Source of the DNA: Mytilus edulis
Taxonomy: Eukaryota
Assembly (NCBI RefSeq): GCF_963676685.1
Contig: NC_092353.1
Location: forward strand, 23,870,001-23,934,000
Length of the DNA: 64,000 nt
Direction: 5' to 3'
Below the pieces are notes generated by a model. That model did not search any database, was not told the origin of the DNA, and was given only the letters and a program-made list of their open reading frames with translations. The translations under genes and the position numbers were made by a program. This document shows, in pieces, positions 12,101 through 25,437 of this stretch. The first letter of the stretch is position 1. Every line of letters begins with the position of its first letter.

Positions 12101-15100
12101 CGAGACAGTTAAATTTTCAAATTTTAAACGCGAGGCTCGCCGAGCGTTTTAAATATTTAAAATTTAACTGTCGGGAGTGGTGATATCGTATTACACGAGA
12201 TTTGGTGGTGGAATCTGTTTCTCTAATAATTTTCTAACAATATACAGGAAAACTTATTCCTTCTTTTCGAATGATCCGCAAAAATATGTGTACTTTCTAT
12301 GTGACGTCATCAGGCAAGATCGCCTTTTTTCATGCCGTCACAATAGGAAATTCAGAGGAAAGCAAGAAAATTCGACTACTTCTTTTGATTTTAACCAATG
12401 AAGAACTGATATCAAACGAACCACACGTTGATCATTTTTTTTATTTATTCAATTGGTGCAAAAAGGGATAAATTGACGAAGAATTAGAGAAACAGTATTA
12501 TATATATTATAGTAATATTGACCTACTTGTTTCACAATAAGTGTCCTCGAAAAATTGTCGACATTTACAAGTGAAGTATCCTATATAATCAATACATGTT
12601 CCTTGATTGAGGCAAGTGACACCTTCACAATCATTTATATCTGCGAGAAAAAGGTAAGAATGTTAGATAATAAAATACATGTAGAACCAGGAATACGCAT
12701 TTGTATGATCAACCACAGAAATAAGAGAGTTTGTTTACCTTTGAATATTTCAAAACATTTTTAAAAATGAAAACACAAATAACAGGAAACCCAATACGTT
12801 TGATATAAATTAACTCATCATAGATACCAAGATTAACATTTTATATTAGCACGTGCATGAATCTATTTGAAAAAAACAATACTTGTTTGTATAACCTTTA
12901 CCTGACTCACAGTGATAACCAGTGTACCCGACGTAACAAAAACATGTATAATTGGTAGTTCCAGTAATCCAACAATTTCCAAAATTACATAGGGTTTTAT
13001 ATGCATTACAGGGATGGTAATGTTCCCCAATTTCTGTTAAAATAATTAAAATACAAAATTAAGATAAACGAAAAAAAAAAAAGAAATTGAAAGGTGTTTT
13101 AGTGGTAGAAATATGCTTTAAAGTTGATGTATGTTTAGGTAGTTTGTGTGATTTTGTTTGTATCAAGAAGTATTTGCAAACAATATTTTGAACAAAGTTT
13201 ATAAAATTCTATACACGTGATTTAAAAAATAATATATTGACCGATACATTGAACGGCATCTTCAACAAAAATGACGTGGTAAAAAAAGCTCTGGAAAGGC
13301 TTGTCAAAGCTTACAAATATCAAATCAAAAAATCTTTCTGTCAATTCATATTTTAAGAGTTATAACTCAGACATCGTTGGTCTTTCATTGATGTGCATTG
13401 TTTATTGATGTAAAAGTGTGAAATCCTAGATGACTTCACGGTAAGCATACATACTTTAAAGTCATATGAATTGAGTTTCTTGTTTGAGTTTTATGTTGAT
13501 GAAATTATTGAAAAACTACATGCGTATATACTAAAATTAAAATATGACAATCAAAATGAATACATTTCACAAACATACAAAGCAACTTACTTACCTTTAC
13601 ACGCTTGAGACGTGAGGTTTTGCTTTATATTGTTTATCAAGGAAAAACTCAAAGCTATATATTGATGTTTGACACTTGTTGCAATCTTGTCCAAGTTGTT
13701 AGTGTTTACATTGGTACCGACACCAATAGTGTAGACGGTTACATCCATGTCACGTAATAATTGTCCAGGTTCATCTGTAACAGTAGTATCACCATCTGTT
13801 ATGAAAATTAGTATTTTCTTTATTTTGCCACGTGCGCCATTTTGTGGCAGAAACATTTGTTCCCTAGCAAATGTTAATGGTATATCAAAGTTAGTACCAC
13901 CACTTGTGTACACAATATTTTGGATGGCAGTGGAGATGTCTTGCTCAGTTGAGAAATTTTTAAAGTAAAAACCACCTTGAACGTTATCATCAAATGCGAA
14001 GGCGCTTATTTGGACAGCACGATTTGAAATGTTAAATTCTTTTGTAAAATTAATGACGAAAGTTTTTGCCTTTTTAAAATCACTACTATTTACACTCGAT
14101 GAAGCATCCACTAGAAAACCAATGTCAGCTGGTTCTTGGCAATCTAAATAAAATAGAATAGCTTTAATTAAAGAGTTACTGTTAATGGTAAAAAAAAATG
14201 AGGAAATAATACTTGGAAATAAGACTAAGTCTTCATTGAAACGCCATAATAAAATTTGCAAAAAAATATATAGTCACAACATGTAAATGTATGTTTTTTT
14301 TTATGATATGTATTGTAACAACTTCCATTTAATTACTCAGTCTAAAGGGGTTTATGACGTGACGTTTACTGTAAATGGTGACGTCATCTATTGATGTTGT
14401 TGTGTTTCATTAATCATTTTTCAACAAAAAGCAGCAGAAAAAGTCCAGCGTGCGATAAATTTGTTTTTCGGTTAACTACTGACCCCCTATGGACAATAGA
14501 GGGTGAATAAAATCCATAGGGCATTTGGCTTTCAGCCTCACCTCTTTTGGATTTTCCTAACCCTCAATGGATGCGTAGGGGTTCAGTAGCGAACCATATA
14601 ACTTATAATGGGATTATAAATCTTATGGTTTTAATATCCTTCTACAGGATATGATATTAAAAATAACCTTTTATAAATCCTGTAAAATTTAAAAAGAATC
14701 CTTTGGGAGAAAGTATTATCTTACACGATTATTGGATCGTTTTCACTCATATTGCCGAACTAGGAGTCATATAAGAAAAGTAAAACCACAAAAATACTGA
14801 ACTCCGATGAAAATTCACCACAGAAAGTCCCTAATCAAATGGAACTCATCAAACTAATAGACAACAACTGTCATATTCCTGACTTGGTACAGGCATTTTC
14901 AAATGTAGAAAAGGGTGGATTGAACCTTGTTTTATGGCTCTAAACCTTTCACTTGTATGACAGTCGAATCAAATTCTACTATATTTACAACCACGCGTGA
15001 ACAATTCAGAAATATTAGGTAAAATTGTGAAAAAAGGAGAACACCAGTCATCACTATCTCACAATTTCAATTAGATAAAAAACAAACAAATATTTAACAA

Positions 15101-17129
15101 AGAAGTACAACAAAGCATCTATCAAATTAAACAACCACATGTATTGATTACTTATTTATGTATGTTAAATCAACCCATAAAGGATTGAAATATTTGAAGT
15201 ACTGTGACTGACATCAACTTTACTATAGAGTCGCGTGTTTGACGTCAGAATGTAAACATCACACAGGAAGAGATAAAAATAATTTCGTCATTCAAAGTAT
15301 TTTCAAAATTATAATAGAACAATAACATAATGGCATTATAATAGAACAAAATTATTGTTTTACCTATTCCTAAAAATATGTTATTGGCAAGTGTGATGAT
15401 ACTGCCTTTAAACAAATCTGGTCCCAATTTGCTCTCACGAGAAGTGCAAATTAATCCAAAAGCTTAAATATAATCTTTGATGTTTTCTTATTTATTACTG
15501 GAATAAAATTGTCACAAGATGTGTTGACCGTCTAATATGTTTCTGTCAAGTTAAAATACTACAATAAAAGCCCTAACGACAAGTTGAATACAAAAACCTG
15601 TTATTTACTATGTCATAAAATACATGTATTTGTATCAGGTAATTTCCTATTTAAAACATCACTTTGAAACCAAAATTTCAAACTTATTAGTATCCTTTGC
15701 CAGTCTGTTTCCACTCGTCAAAAACATTTATCGTGTATGAAAATATATCCATGATTTAATTATACTGATTTCTAGATTAATCATTTATTGTTTTATCATT
15801 TACAAACGATATTTTTAAATGCTCAATATTTATGAGAAAATTGCATGTTAAGTTATTTCATATCTGTTTCTATTAGATCATGGCAATATGTATTAACTGT
15901 ACAATGGCCGAGGTCAGCCGACAAAAAGATTATATCAAACAATGGTTACAATGCATAATTAATGCACATTAACTACTATTGTTTTACTTCATGGTTACTT
16001 AGTATAAAGATTGTACTTAGTATTTACTGATTGTACAAAAACTTTGAATATTTAGTGAACTGCTTGTGTGTTTACTTCCTGTTAAGGGAGTTACCCTTGT
16101 ATTTTTATGGAGGGCTATGATGAAAAATGTGTTCTGCATTTTGTTCAGTTGTTATCTTTGTTCTGCTTTTTTATTTATCACTCTAGTCTATCCTGCCTTT
16201 TTTTTAAAATAAATTTAACCACGCCTGCTCCCATAAAAATCAAATTGTAACTGCCTTACTAAGTATTGTAAGTACTGTATATCATATTGCTATGACTTTT
16301 TACTGCAAATACAATATAACATCAACTGAATTGGTTTATTGTAATATGAATGTGTTCCGTATATGTGATTAGAAGCGTAAAAATTATTTGCGCAAATTGA
16401 ACATGTCTATTTGTAATTGAAATTCATACCAAAAAATTTCTTCAAAAATAACATAATATCTATATTCATGTTTTAACTAAAATTTTGACAAAAACTCAAG
16501 ACATAATGCGATTAAATATGCTATATTGATTAACATTGTAGAATAAGTTTTTGAGCGTACCTGATTCATTTATTGTCAAATATATAATTACTGTTTGGCA
16601 TTTTTAAAAAATCATCTATTAGTTGAAGATACTGACGAAAAAGATTAAGTCATATTCATTAACTGGTTTTATAGGTTGAAGAAGAGTTTCGTTTTTATAA
16701 GAGGTTCAGAAACTAAATATAAATGTAGTAATGATGTATGTTATTGCTTTGTGTATATGAGAGGCTATCATGGAGTATAGTTGTTGAATCATTTCGTTAT
16801 ACATTCGTTTAATGTATTTAAGCTTATGATTTTGTCATTTGATTAGGTTTTGTTTTTAGGTTTAGAGTTCATTATTCTTGTGACTTTATTTCTTAATGTA
16901 ACATATCTTAAACAATACTGTATAACTAGTTCTATATATTTGTGTATGCTCAGAAACTGGCTCTTTACTTCTTTACTTGAATTTGATTAATATTCTTAAT
17001 CGTATTATTGTACATAACATAAGATGTGAATGCTGTTAGTTACTTACTATCTAAACTGTTAACTACTATGGTAACAACACCAACTCCGAAAAAGGCTACT
17101 GAAATAAAAGTTTGGAGAAGCATTTTCAT
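9156..17129 (-). CDS. VWA gene A: secreted SP-VWA-EGF-cbEGF-VWA-VWA protein (matrilin/collagen-VI-like VWA domains, no collagen helix), 679 aa
   Basis: Six GT-AG exons, all introns phase 1: 17129-17048 (MKMLLQTFISVAFFGVGVVTIVVNSLD); 14143-13595 (VWA1, DASSS...GGTNF...ITDG); 13033-12902 (EGF, CNAYKTLCNFGNCWITGTTNYTCFCYVGYTGYHC); 12640-12527 (Ca-binding EGF, DINDCEGVTCLNQGTCIDYIGYFTCKC); 11242-10685 (VWA2, DVSAS...YSDG); 9760-9156 (VWA3, degenerate, stop TAG). Total 2040 nt, open frame. Confidence 0.9.
11762..11805 (+). ncRNA. Minimal type I hammerhead ribozyme in a retrozyme-like repeat fragment (antisense in a VWA gene A intron)
   Basis: GUGUCA-CUGAUGA-GUC(uuaugua)GAC-GAA-ACGCGCGU-C-UGGCGU. 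It has the full core, stem II, a palindromic stem/loop III, a GUC cleavage triplet and stem I. Confidence 0.85.
12058..12492. mobile_element. Foldback-type non-autonomous element with a ~160-bp imperfect palindrome (12058-12216)
   Basis: AGATTCTACCAC...CCACTCGAGACAGTTAAATTTT...AAACGC pairs with GCGTTT...AAAATTTAACTGTCGGGAGTGG...GTGGTGGAATCT. A TTTCTCTAAT...ATTAGAGAAA inverted pair follows. Confidence 0.55.
14470..14595. repeat. ~125-bp imperfect palindrome (foldback element remnant)
   Basis: GGTTAACTACTGACCCCCTA...GAGGGT...AAAATCCA pairs with TGGATTTT...ACCCTC...TAGGGGTTCAGTAGCGAACC. Confidence 0.7.
14776..15135 (-). repeat. Copy of the abundant ~380-bp interspersed repeat R1 (core GCCTGTACCAAGTCAGGAATATGACAGTTG)
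   Basis: Reverse-complement match to the copy at 45547-45926. Confidence 0.85.
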
Positions 17130-18477
17130 TATTCCTTACACCATAAAATCACAACCCGGTAGTTGATAAATTACCAATGATTTAATCTGCATTAGTCGAA
17201 TAATGTTACATTTCGAGACCTCTGATATTTAAATACTTCTATAAATATCCGATTTACAAGTTCGTGATGCTTAGTCTTTAGTTTTCTATGTGGTGTCTCG
17301 TGTACTATTGTTTGTCTGTTTATTTTTTTTAGTAAGCCATGATTATTTATGATTTTATTTTCGATCTGTGAGTTTGACTGTCTCTCTGGTTTCTTTCTCC
17401 TTCTTTTTCAAGTATAGGCTTTCTAAAAATATATCCCTATCCCAACAATTACTGTTGCAAACTACATGTAGTAACATAAACTGGATTTCGCTTATATTAA
17501 GCTTCGATCAAGGTAGTCAGCCGAGAACCAGCTTACTAGTATCATTTCATTATTGTTACATCTGAAACTGATTTATGGTTCAATAAACATAATACCAAAT
17601 AAGATTCCTTTTATCATGAATGTCTGTCTCACTTTAGTAGAGACAGAAATAAACAAATAGTTAAGCTCTAGTTATTTGTTAACCCGTAATATATAGCTAA
17701 CCTGGACCAAATGGCAAATAGGAACTAGTGTAATAACTAGGCGTGAGTTGAGTACAGGTCCGTCCATCCATACACTCTTTTTGAATCATCTCAACAATCT
17801 TCTGAAACAACTGTTTAGAAACAAATTTTCCCTTAAACATCGTACGGTTATTTAGTTTAAAAAATGATTCACAAAAAATAGTGATTTTAGTTCACGCTTA
17901 AGAAAACAAACACGAAATAGAGAAATTTGTAAGTATTAGTTAATTGTAAGAATATAAGTTCTTCGTGACCGCAATTGTCCAATTTCTGCTTCCAAGAGTA
18001 TTGACCTTAAATAAAAATGTTTGACAGGACACTGTACGTTGCAATTAAGAGCAGCAGAACAAAGTACATAATTAAGTCAATATATAGTACCGACTCAAGT
18101 TAGAATCAACTACAAAAGTTAAAACTAACTACTCACAACGTTAAGGTTTCTGCATTTTGTCAGATAAATCTTGTTTAAATTCGATTCTTTCGAAATATTG
18201 ACACATAAAAATTAACATTGTCACCTTTATAAAAGTGTTGGTACATTATAAGGTCCTGCATAGGACAATGAACGAAAGCGCTAGATCGCTTCAATTTATC
18301 TTAGTGATCGTTTGCTAAGCGATATTTAGCGATATTCTTTTCTTGTTGCAAGTAAAGGAATTTCAGTATACTGTTGAGTGTAATCAAATATAGTAAAGAC
18401 TTGTAAAGAACGTCTTGCTTTACAAATAGAATAGCAAATATCGATTCCCATCTTAATATTGCTTTAACATTTCTTTG

Positions 18478-18722
18478 ATTGATTAATTGATTTATTAGGT
18501 TTTAACGCCACTTTCTACTACTTCATGGCGGTCATATATTTAAATTGAAAGCCGGACTGCCTCGAGAGAACTATCGATAGTCGGTAGGTAAACTAACAAT
18601 CCTAGTCAATTTAGATTGGAATCGAGAACACTTGCCATAATATATATAACCTAGAACATAACCTCATTGTTGACAGACAAGTGATACAGTAGTAAGACTA
18701 TTTAAACCACCTGCCTACCGAT
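18478..18722 (-). mobile_element. Degenerate SINE-like element
   Basis: (GATT)n-like tail at the left end, an internal TTTAACGCCACTTT...TTCATGGCGGTCA block and a tRNA-like head at the right end. Assigned by resemblance to mollusc SINEs only. Confidence 0.4.
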
Positions 18723-19133
18723 ATCTCAAAGACTTCATTGAAGTTCATTGTTAACCGCTAATTAATATTTATTTTGGTTAATTATTGCTCTACTTACCAC
18801 TCTTTTATAATGTACCTATTGAAGGATAATCAAAAAGGAAGCATATACTAACTATATAATAAGCAATTATTTCTCACATAGTTCACAGTATAAATATGCT
18901 AATGATAGTAATTTTGATAAATGTAGGATTAACTAGATGGTAATGCACAATCTTGCAAATTATAACCGACATGTATGACCAACAAATATGTCCTTGATGA
19001 AATGTAAAATCCCATCGTAGCATATATTGACTGTTATGATCGTAGTTCCCGCTAAGTTTTGATTGACGACGTCCATGTGGAACCCCAAACAAGACATAGT
19101 TTGGAGTTAATTATGGTTCAAAGTTTGTATTAA

Positions 19134-19859
19134 GGATGTACTTAGGTGAGGTTAGGTAAAAATTAAGAGAATTAAGAAATTTAGAAATTAAAATTGATAC
19201 TATAAGCTGGTAGAGCATCAATTAAGGATAAAGATAGGCTAAACATATTGATAGGTCATGAACTTCATTTTCGAGATATTTGAAAAGATTTAAAACCTCA
19301 CCTAGGTACAACCATAGAAATTGCTCCATATGAGGGGATTCGAGGGGAAAAATCCTTTTTTTTTAAATATTGGATTTCCCTTTTTTTTTTCTCTAGAAAT
19401 GAACTTGATCCTATACTTAAAATAAAAAAAAATATAAAAAAGGATCACGCTAATTAAAGCTCACAATCTGCCTTCGAAAGAATCAAACATTTTTGTTAAG
19501 GTACTGTTTTTCTGTTAAACTAATAGGAGAAATAGAGGTTGTATCGAAATAGAAAAACAAACTTTATTACAGAAATCGCTTAAATGTTTTTTTAATTTAA
19601 GTAAAGCTTATTTGAAAAAAATAATAAAACATATAGGTCACCGATGAGTTAAAAAGACATTTCAATTTTTATAAAGGGAGATAATTTGAAGTTTTTTCAA
19701 TGATAGAATCATTTAAAAAGTCAACGGCCAAAACTAATTGATTTATTTGGTTGCTTTTCATACCATAGCATTATGAAACAACTAATAGTGTACTAAATAA
19801 AATTTGAAATTGAAAAAAAACATGTTTTTTTGTTGAAATATTTGTACACACGAGCATCC
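19134..19859. mobile_element. Possible TTAA-targeting (Kolobok-like) non-autonomous DNA element
   Basis: TTAA|GGATG at the left end and CATCC|TTGA at the right end. The terminal inverted match is very short. Confidence 0.35.
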
Positions 19860-21799
19860 TTGAGAAGGACTCATGGGCCTCTATAAACGTGTAGGATTGT
19901 TTGACCTTTGACTGTATTAGCTATCTTGTTGATTGGGTTTTATATATTGTGATGTTTAATGTTTGGCGTCTCAAACTTCTCGTTAAGAGCGTTTATAATG
20001 ACGTTTCTCGGAAACTTCTTCTGTAATCTGAACCGCACTAGTGACATATTTTCACGGTCTCAATTCTTGAGATAACAGAAGAGTCGTCTGATTTGTAAAT
20101 TAACTGGTTGTGATGTTTTAACAGAGTGAAAATAGGCATGGCGGTTGACGTAGAGCGGGTGAATCATGCCTATCAGGAGACACTTATCCAGACTATGACG
20201 TAAACTCCTTCAGAACTACAATACGTTGACCTCAAAAGAATTTGGCTATATTTCTTTAATTCCTTTTGGTCATACACCTCATGACTTTTCTACGTATATT
20301 TACATCTCTGGCTTTCAAATTCTGGTTCGAGCATACATATTCAGTTAAATCCAAAACTTTAATCACGTGGTCAATAACACTGCTGATGGAATGCTATTTT
20401 CAAACGGTATCATAAGAATAGAAGGTAGTGAATTGGTCCTTACATGATTTTATAACAAACCAGTCAACAATCCTTGATGAAAAAATAGGAAACAATTAAA
20501 AAGTTCAATTTTGCTATTCTTGTTTCTCTCCCTTTTGATCATATATTTCTTAACAATTCTACGTATGTATACATCTTTGTCTTTTAAATATCTAGGTTTG
20601 GGCGTTACAGGTGAAGGTAAATCAAAGAAAGTGTTTCGGACGAATAAAAGAATTACTTTTATTAATCTTGTCAACGTGCTGGGTCTCGGAGTTCAGGAGG
20701 TTAACTCTATTTGTTACCTTGATTTGTATCTTCGTTGATAATTGGTGGATTTGAACATCGGTAAATACACTCATCATGGATACCAGGAATGCATATTTTT
20801 TTTTGTGTCAGAAGCACGTTTGATTTACCAAAGACTCATCAGTGACACTCGAATAAAAAAATATAACAATAAAAGTAACAATATAACAGTATACTTCATT
20901 TGGAAATACTCAGACGTATATTTACATGTATAACAAGAGGCAAAATGCATAGTCATTTTTATGGTTACTACAAAATAATGTTAACATATAATCATATAAT
21001 ATAGAACCTAATTACAATATTTTAACTAATTTCTTGGTAAAAAGTGATAAGTTCTTAAGAACAGTACAAATACAGCACAAAGTTAATTAGCATTAAGGAC
21101 CAAAAAGTTTGTTGCATCTGATTTACACTTTGAAATATTACTATGCTATGTGAAATATGGGTTTTTCATCTGAATTATGCATATATCATATTGAAACTGA
21201 CTTTTTCATCCGAAGCAATGCTATATATCATATAAAATATGACTATTGCATGTGGAATATGTCTGTGTCATGTAAATATGGCTATTTCAGGTAATTTTTT
21301 TTTTTTATCAAAAATGATGAGCTGTTTCTTGTTTAAGATCAAGAAAAACAAACTTTGACAAATTTTGTCAAAAGCACACCACAAAGTGACAGAACTTTTA
21401 AGGAAGATGTAAAAGGAAAATTGTATCGCCCTAAACAAGTTTATAGGCGTATTATTGCTGGTTACATTTTGTATATAGTTCAAAAATTTAATGAACAATC
21501 AAATTGATTGTTGACCTCTTAAAACATTAGCAAACAATTTGACTTTGTTGTACCATTTATACAACAGACACTACAAGATAATAATTTATAAATTTGGATC
21601 GATCGAAGAGCAATGTGTCCGACTAGGTTGATATGTCTTCCTGTAGACTGTTACCTTCTAAAATAGAACGAACGTTGAAAATAAGACTACGTATGTTCAT
21701 CCAATAAAAATATTTAGTTTTATATATATATCATATTTTCCCTCCGGTTTATATGATCCGTTCATCCTATATTGACTCTTGAAATTCAAGAGTCTATCT

Positions 21800-22250
21800 A
21801 ACAATGAGGGTACATTTTATATGGCCTTCCAAATACCGTTTCGATTCCTAACATCACTGAAGAGACATTTTTTGTCGAAATTCGGATCTGGTGTACAAAA
21901 AAAATATTAACACCTTGTGTTTGTGGCATAACATCGTGGCCACAAGTTAATTGTTTTCTGTTTAGTATTAAATTTATATTAAGATCCATTTTGTTACATC
22001 TTGTGATCAATTTTATTTGGCAATCGCCAATGGCAGTCAGCAGGGTTAAAGAACATCAGTTGTTCGACCTGTTAGTCTTCACTTTTTTGGTCTTTTGGAA
22101 AATGTTGTTTGCGCTGTATTTAGACCCTTCTACAACGAAATTTGTTTTACATGCACACGTATAAAAATTGCGGTTTTTATCCAACGCAATCATAGGTTTG
22201 AACGTAGTTTTCAATTTAGACTCGTTTATATATATATATTATATATATGT
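21800..22250 (+). mobile_element. Hammerhead-containing repeat family R4 (retrozyme-like) followed by (TA)n; ribozyme at 21851-21894
   Basis: ACAUCA-CUGAAGA-GAC(auuuuuu)GUC-GAA-AUUCGGAU-C-UGGUGU. A closely similar copy lies at ~46665-47115. Confidence 0.85.
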
Positions 22251-22395
22251 AGGTAATGAGTTTTGGCATCACAGCCCATGAAACAAATATACGTCAGAGT
22301 TAATGTTAATATAACCTTGTGTCTGTTAGAGTAAGGATTCGGTTCCAGTACTTAAAATCTTTCAATCCTTTATTGGTGAATTTTTCATAGATAAA

Positions 22396-23715
22396 TAAAA
22401 TCGTATAATTAAAAAGTAATGAATGGAGTTGTTAAATTCGATGTTTACCTTTTTGTGCTTCTTTGCCATATTTGTTTGTTTTATAGTGATTAAGATTATA
22501 ACACAATATTGACTGCTGTTCCCCTAATGTGTTTACATTTTTATCTATTGTGTCTGTTTGTTTTTTTCAATCATCGGTGTCAATGTAATGGCATTAGATG
22601 CGACTGTCATACAAGTGAGAGTTTTAGCTAGCTATAAAATCAGGTTCAATCCACCATTTTCTATGCCTGAAAATGCCTGTACCAAGTCAGGAATACAACA
22701 TTTGGTTATCCATTCGTTTGATGTGTTTGAGCTTATGATTTTGCCATTTGATTAGGGACTTTCAGTTATGAATTTTCCTCGGTGTTCAGTATTTTTTTTC
22801 TTTTCCTTAAAACACCAAAGATCAAGGAATGAGGAAATGAAAATAGAATTAATCTGTAGGGCATTGTAGTGCACGGCATTCAATAATGACCAAAACTCAC
22901 AACTTATCCCGATATTACAAACTATCAACAGATTCAAAACAGAAAAATCGACTGTCTGCGTTATGCTATTACAAACATGGCAAACAGTAACCAACGGTAA
23001 CCCCTAAATTATAGGCTCATAACTAGGGAAAGACACACAAAAAATGCAACAATATTAAAATCGTATAATAAAAAAGTAATGAATGGAGTTGTTAAATTCG
23101 ATGTTTACCTTTTTGTGCTTCTTTGCTACATTTGTTTGTTTTATAGTGATTAAGATGATAACACAATATTGACTGTTGTTCCCCTAATTGTTTACAATTT
23201 TATCTATTAATAGTGTCTGTTTGTTTTGTTCACGCATCGGTGTCAATGTAATGGCACGTGATGCGACTGTCATACAAGTGAGAGTTTTAGCTAGCTATAA
23301 AATCAGGTTCAATCCACCATTGTATACATAAGAAAATGCCAGTACCAAGTCAGGAATACGACATTTGGTTATCCATTCGTTTGATGTGTTTGAGCTTATG
23401 ATTTTGCCATTTGATTAGTGACTTTCAGTTATGAATTTTCCTCGGTGTTCAGTATTTTTTTCTTTTCCTTAAAACACCAAAGATCAAGGGATGAGGAAAT
23501 GAAAATAGAATTAATCTGTAGGGCATTGTAGTGCACGGCATGACCAAAACTCACAACGTATCCCGATATTACAAATTATTAATAGATTCAAAACAGAAAA
23601 ATCGACTGGCTGGGTTATGCTATAACAAACATGGCAAACAGTAACCAACGGTAACCCCTAAGTTATAGGCTCATAACTAGGGATAGACACACAAAAAATG
23701 CAACAATATTAAAAA
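22396..23715 (+). repeat. 660-bp direct tandem duplication (22396-23055 / 23056-23715); each unit includes an R1 repeat
   Basis: TAAAATCGTATAA..AAAAAGTAATGAATGGAGTTGTTAAATTCG starts both units exactly 660 bp apart, and similarity runs to CAACAATATTAAAA. Confidence 0.95.
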
Positions 23716-23841
23716 TGTTTGTGAGCACTAGTACTGATATTCATATAACGTTTAAATGTTATCTTCCTGAAATGTGAATATTTTTTGCAAATGTACTTTA
23801 TACACGTTTCCATCATGATCAAACATCCCATTGATAGGAAG

Positions 23842-24764
23842 TAGTGTTGTCAAATCGTACACTTTTGCCAAACCGGTTACTCGTATAATCGTTCGACCGA
23901 TTAACCGGTTAACCGGCACTTTAAGTTAATGTTTGAAGGCATTATCAATAGTACCCTACACATTGATATAAGAAGATGTGGTATGAGTATCAATGTGACT
24001 ACATTCCATCCAAGTCATAAATTTATGTTTTTTATAATATGATGAATTGTAGTTTGGCCTTTGGTTTTATAAGGCTTGTCTGTGAAGATTCCTGTCGAAG
24101 TTTTACTTTTAATAATCAAATACACGGTATCAACTATGGCGTTTGTACTAACTTCAAATTGAAAAATAAAAAAAACGTCTTGATCTCGTAGAATTAAATG
24201 TTTGAAACCGATGATTCTTCCATTTTGTCTTGTTGTCTCCGAAAATAATGTGAGGTGTTTCAATTAAAATTAATTAATCCTGACATTTGTATCATCAAGT
24301 ATACATTCACGTTTGTTTGCTTTTTACAGTTTTTGAGTTAGCATTTAGTTTAAAGTATGACAAAGACTTGCACGACGGGGATTGCTCATTCAGATGTTGG
24401 TCTACACAATATAAGATCAAAAATTAAATAATGAAGAAAATAGTAAAATTTAATCGTATTACTGATTAAAAATTACTGTTAAAAAAACATGAAACTAATT
24501 ATGTTTCCTTAAGATCTTGCCCCGAGCTGAGAGACGAGTTCTAATTAATTTTATGTTTTTGGATTAACAATACCAAACAATTTACAATTGATTTGTCAAA
24601 TTAATTACCAAGACGACAATTTTTAAAGAAAACACAACTATTTAATGATTTCAATACAAATCTATATCAAATCTATTAAAATTGAAAAAAAAGTCCTGTT
24701 AACCGGTTAGCGTTTTTGGTATTCGGTATTCGGTCGTTCAAACGGTTAACCATTGACAACACTA
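23842..24764. mobile_element. hAT-type MITE
   Basis: 12-bp TIR TAGTGTTGTCAA / TTGACAACACTA. Perfect 8-bp target-site duplication ATAGGAAG at 23834-23841 and 24765-24772. Subterminal AACCGGTT/TTCGGT motifs. Confidence 0.9.
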
Positions 24765-25437
24765 ATAGGAAGTGATGATATCTAGAATACTAGGTTGAAA
24801 GTAGTCGGAAAATAAAGAAAGAGACCAGTGTTGACTATTTGTAGACCAGTCTTTGTTCTTAACTTTAAATGCAACGTTGAAGCATGTATATCTTATTTTC
24901 AGGGCTTTGGTTTGATCTGACTGGGATCAAAATCCGCCACCAGACTACCCAGGAGGTAAGTTCGATGTAATTAAAATATGATTGAACCGCAGTCAATCAA
25001 TTTGAAAGCTGACTTTCGAAAATTAATGCTTATCTGTTTTAGGTTTATGTCTGTGTATTAACTACTAAAATCTTAGATCTGCACGAAAGTATTCAATTTG
25101 TACAGCTACTCCTTAGACATGTTAGATGCAAAAAATATAAAATGGAATCGACTTTGGATTTATAACTTTTAAACAACGTTATACTACTGTTGCTTTTACT
25201 TGACGGTATGAAAAATTATCATTTTAGATAAATGATTTTAGAATACACATAATAAACCTAAGTCATGTATGTAAGAATAAACAAAATCAATCCGTTATCA
25301 TGGTTTACATATACATGTGCATATTTCTTCACATGTATAATTTGCCAAAATTTTACATGGAAACAATTCGTGCTTTAACTGACGTCTTGTATAGGTTATT
25401 GACTAAGATAAGACATTGAGATTGGGGTTATATCACA

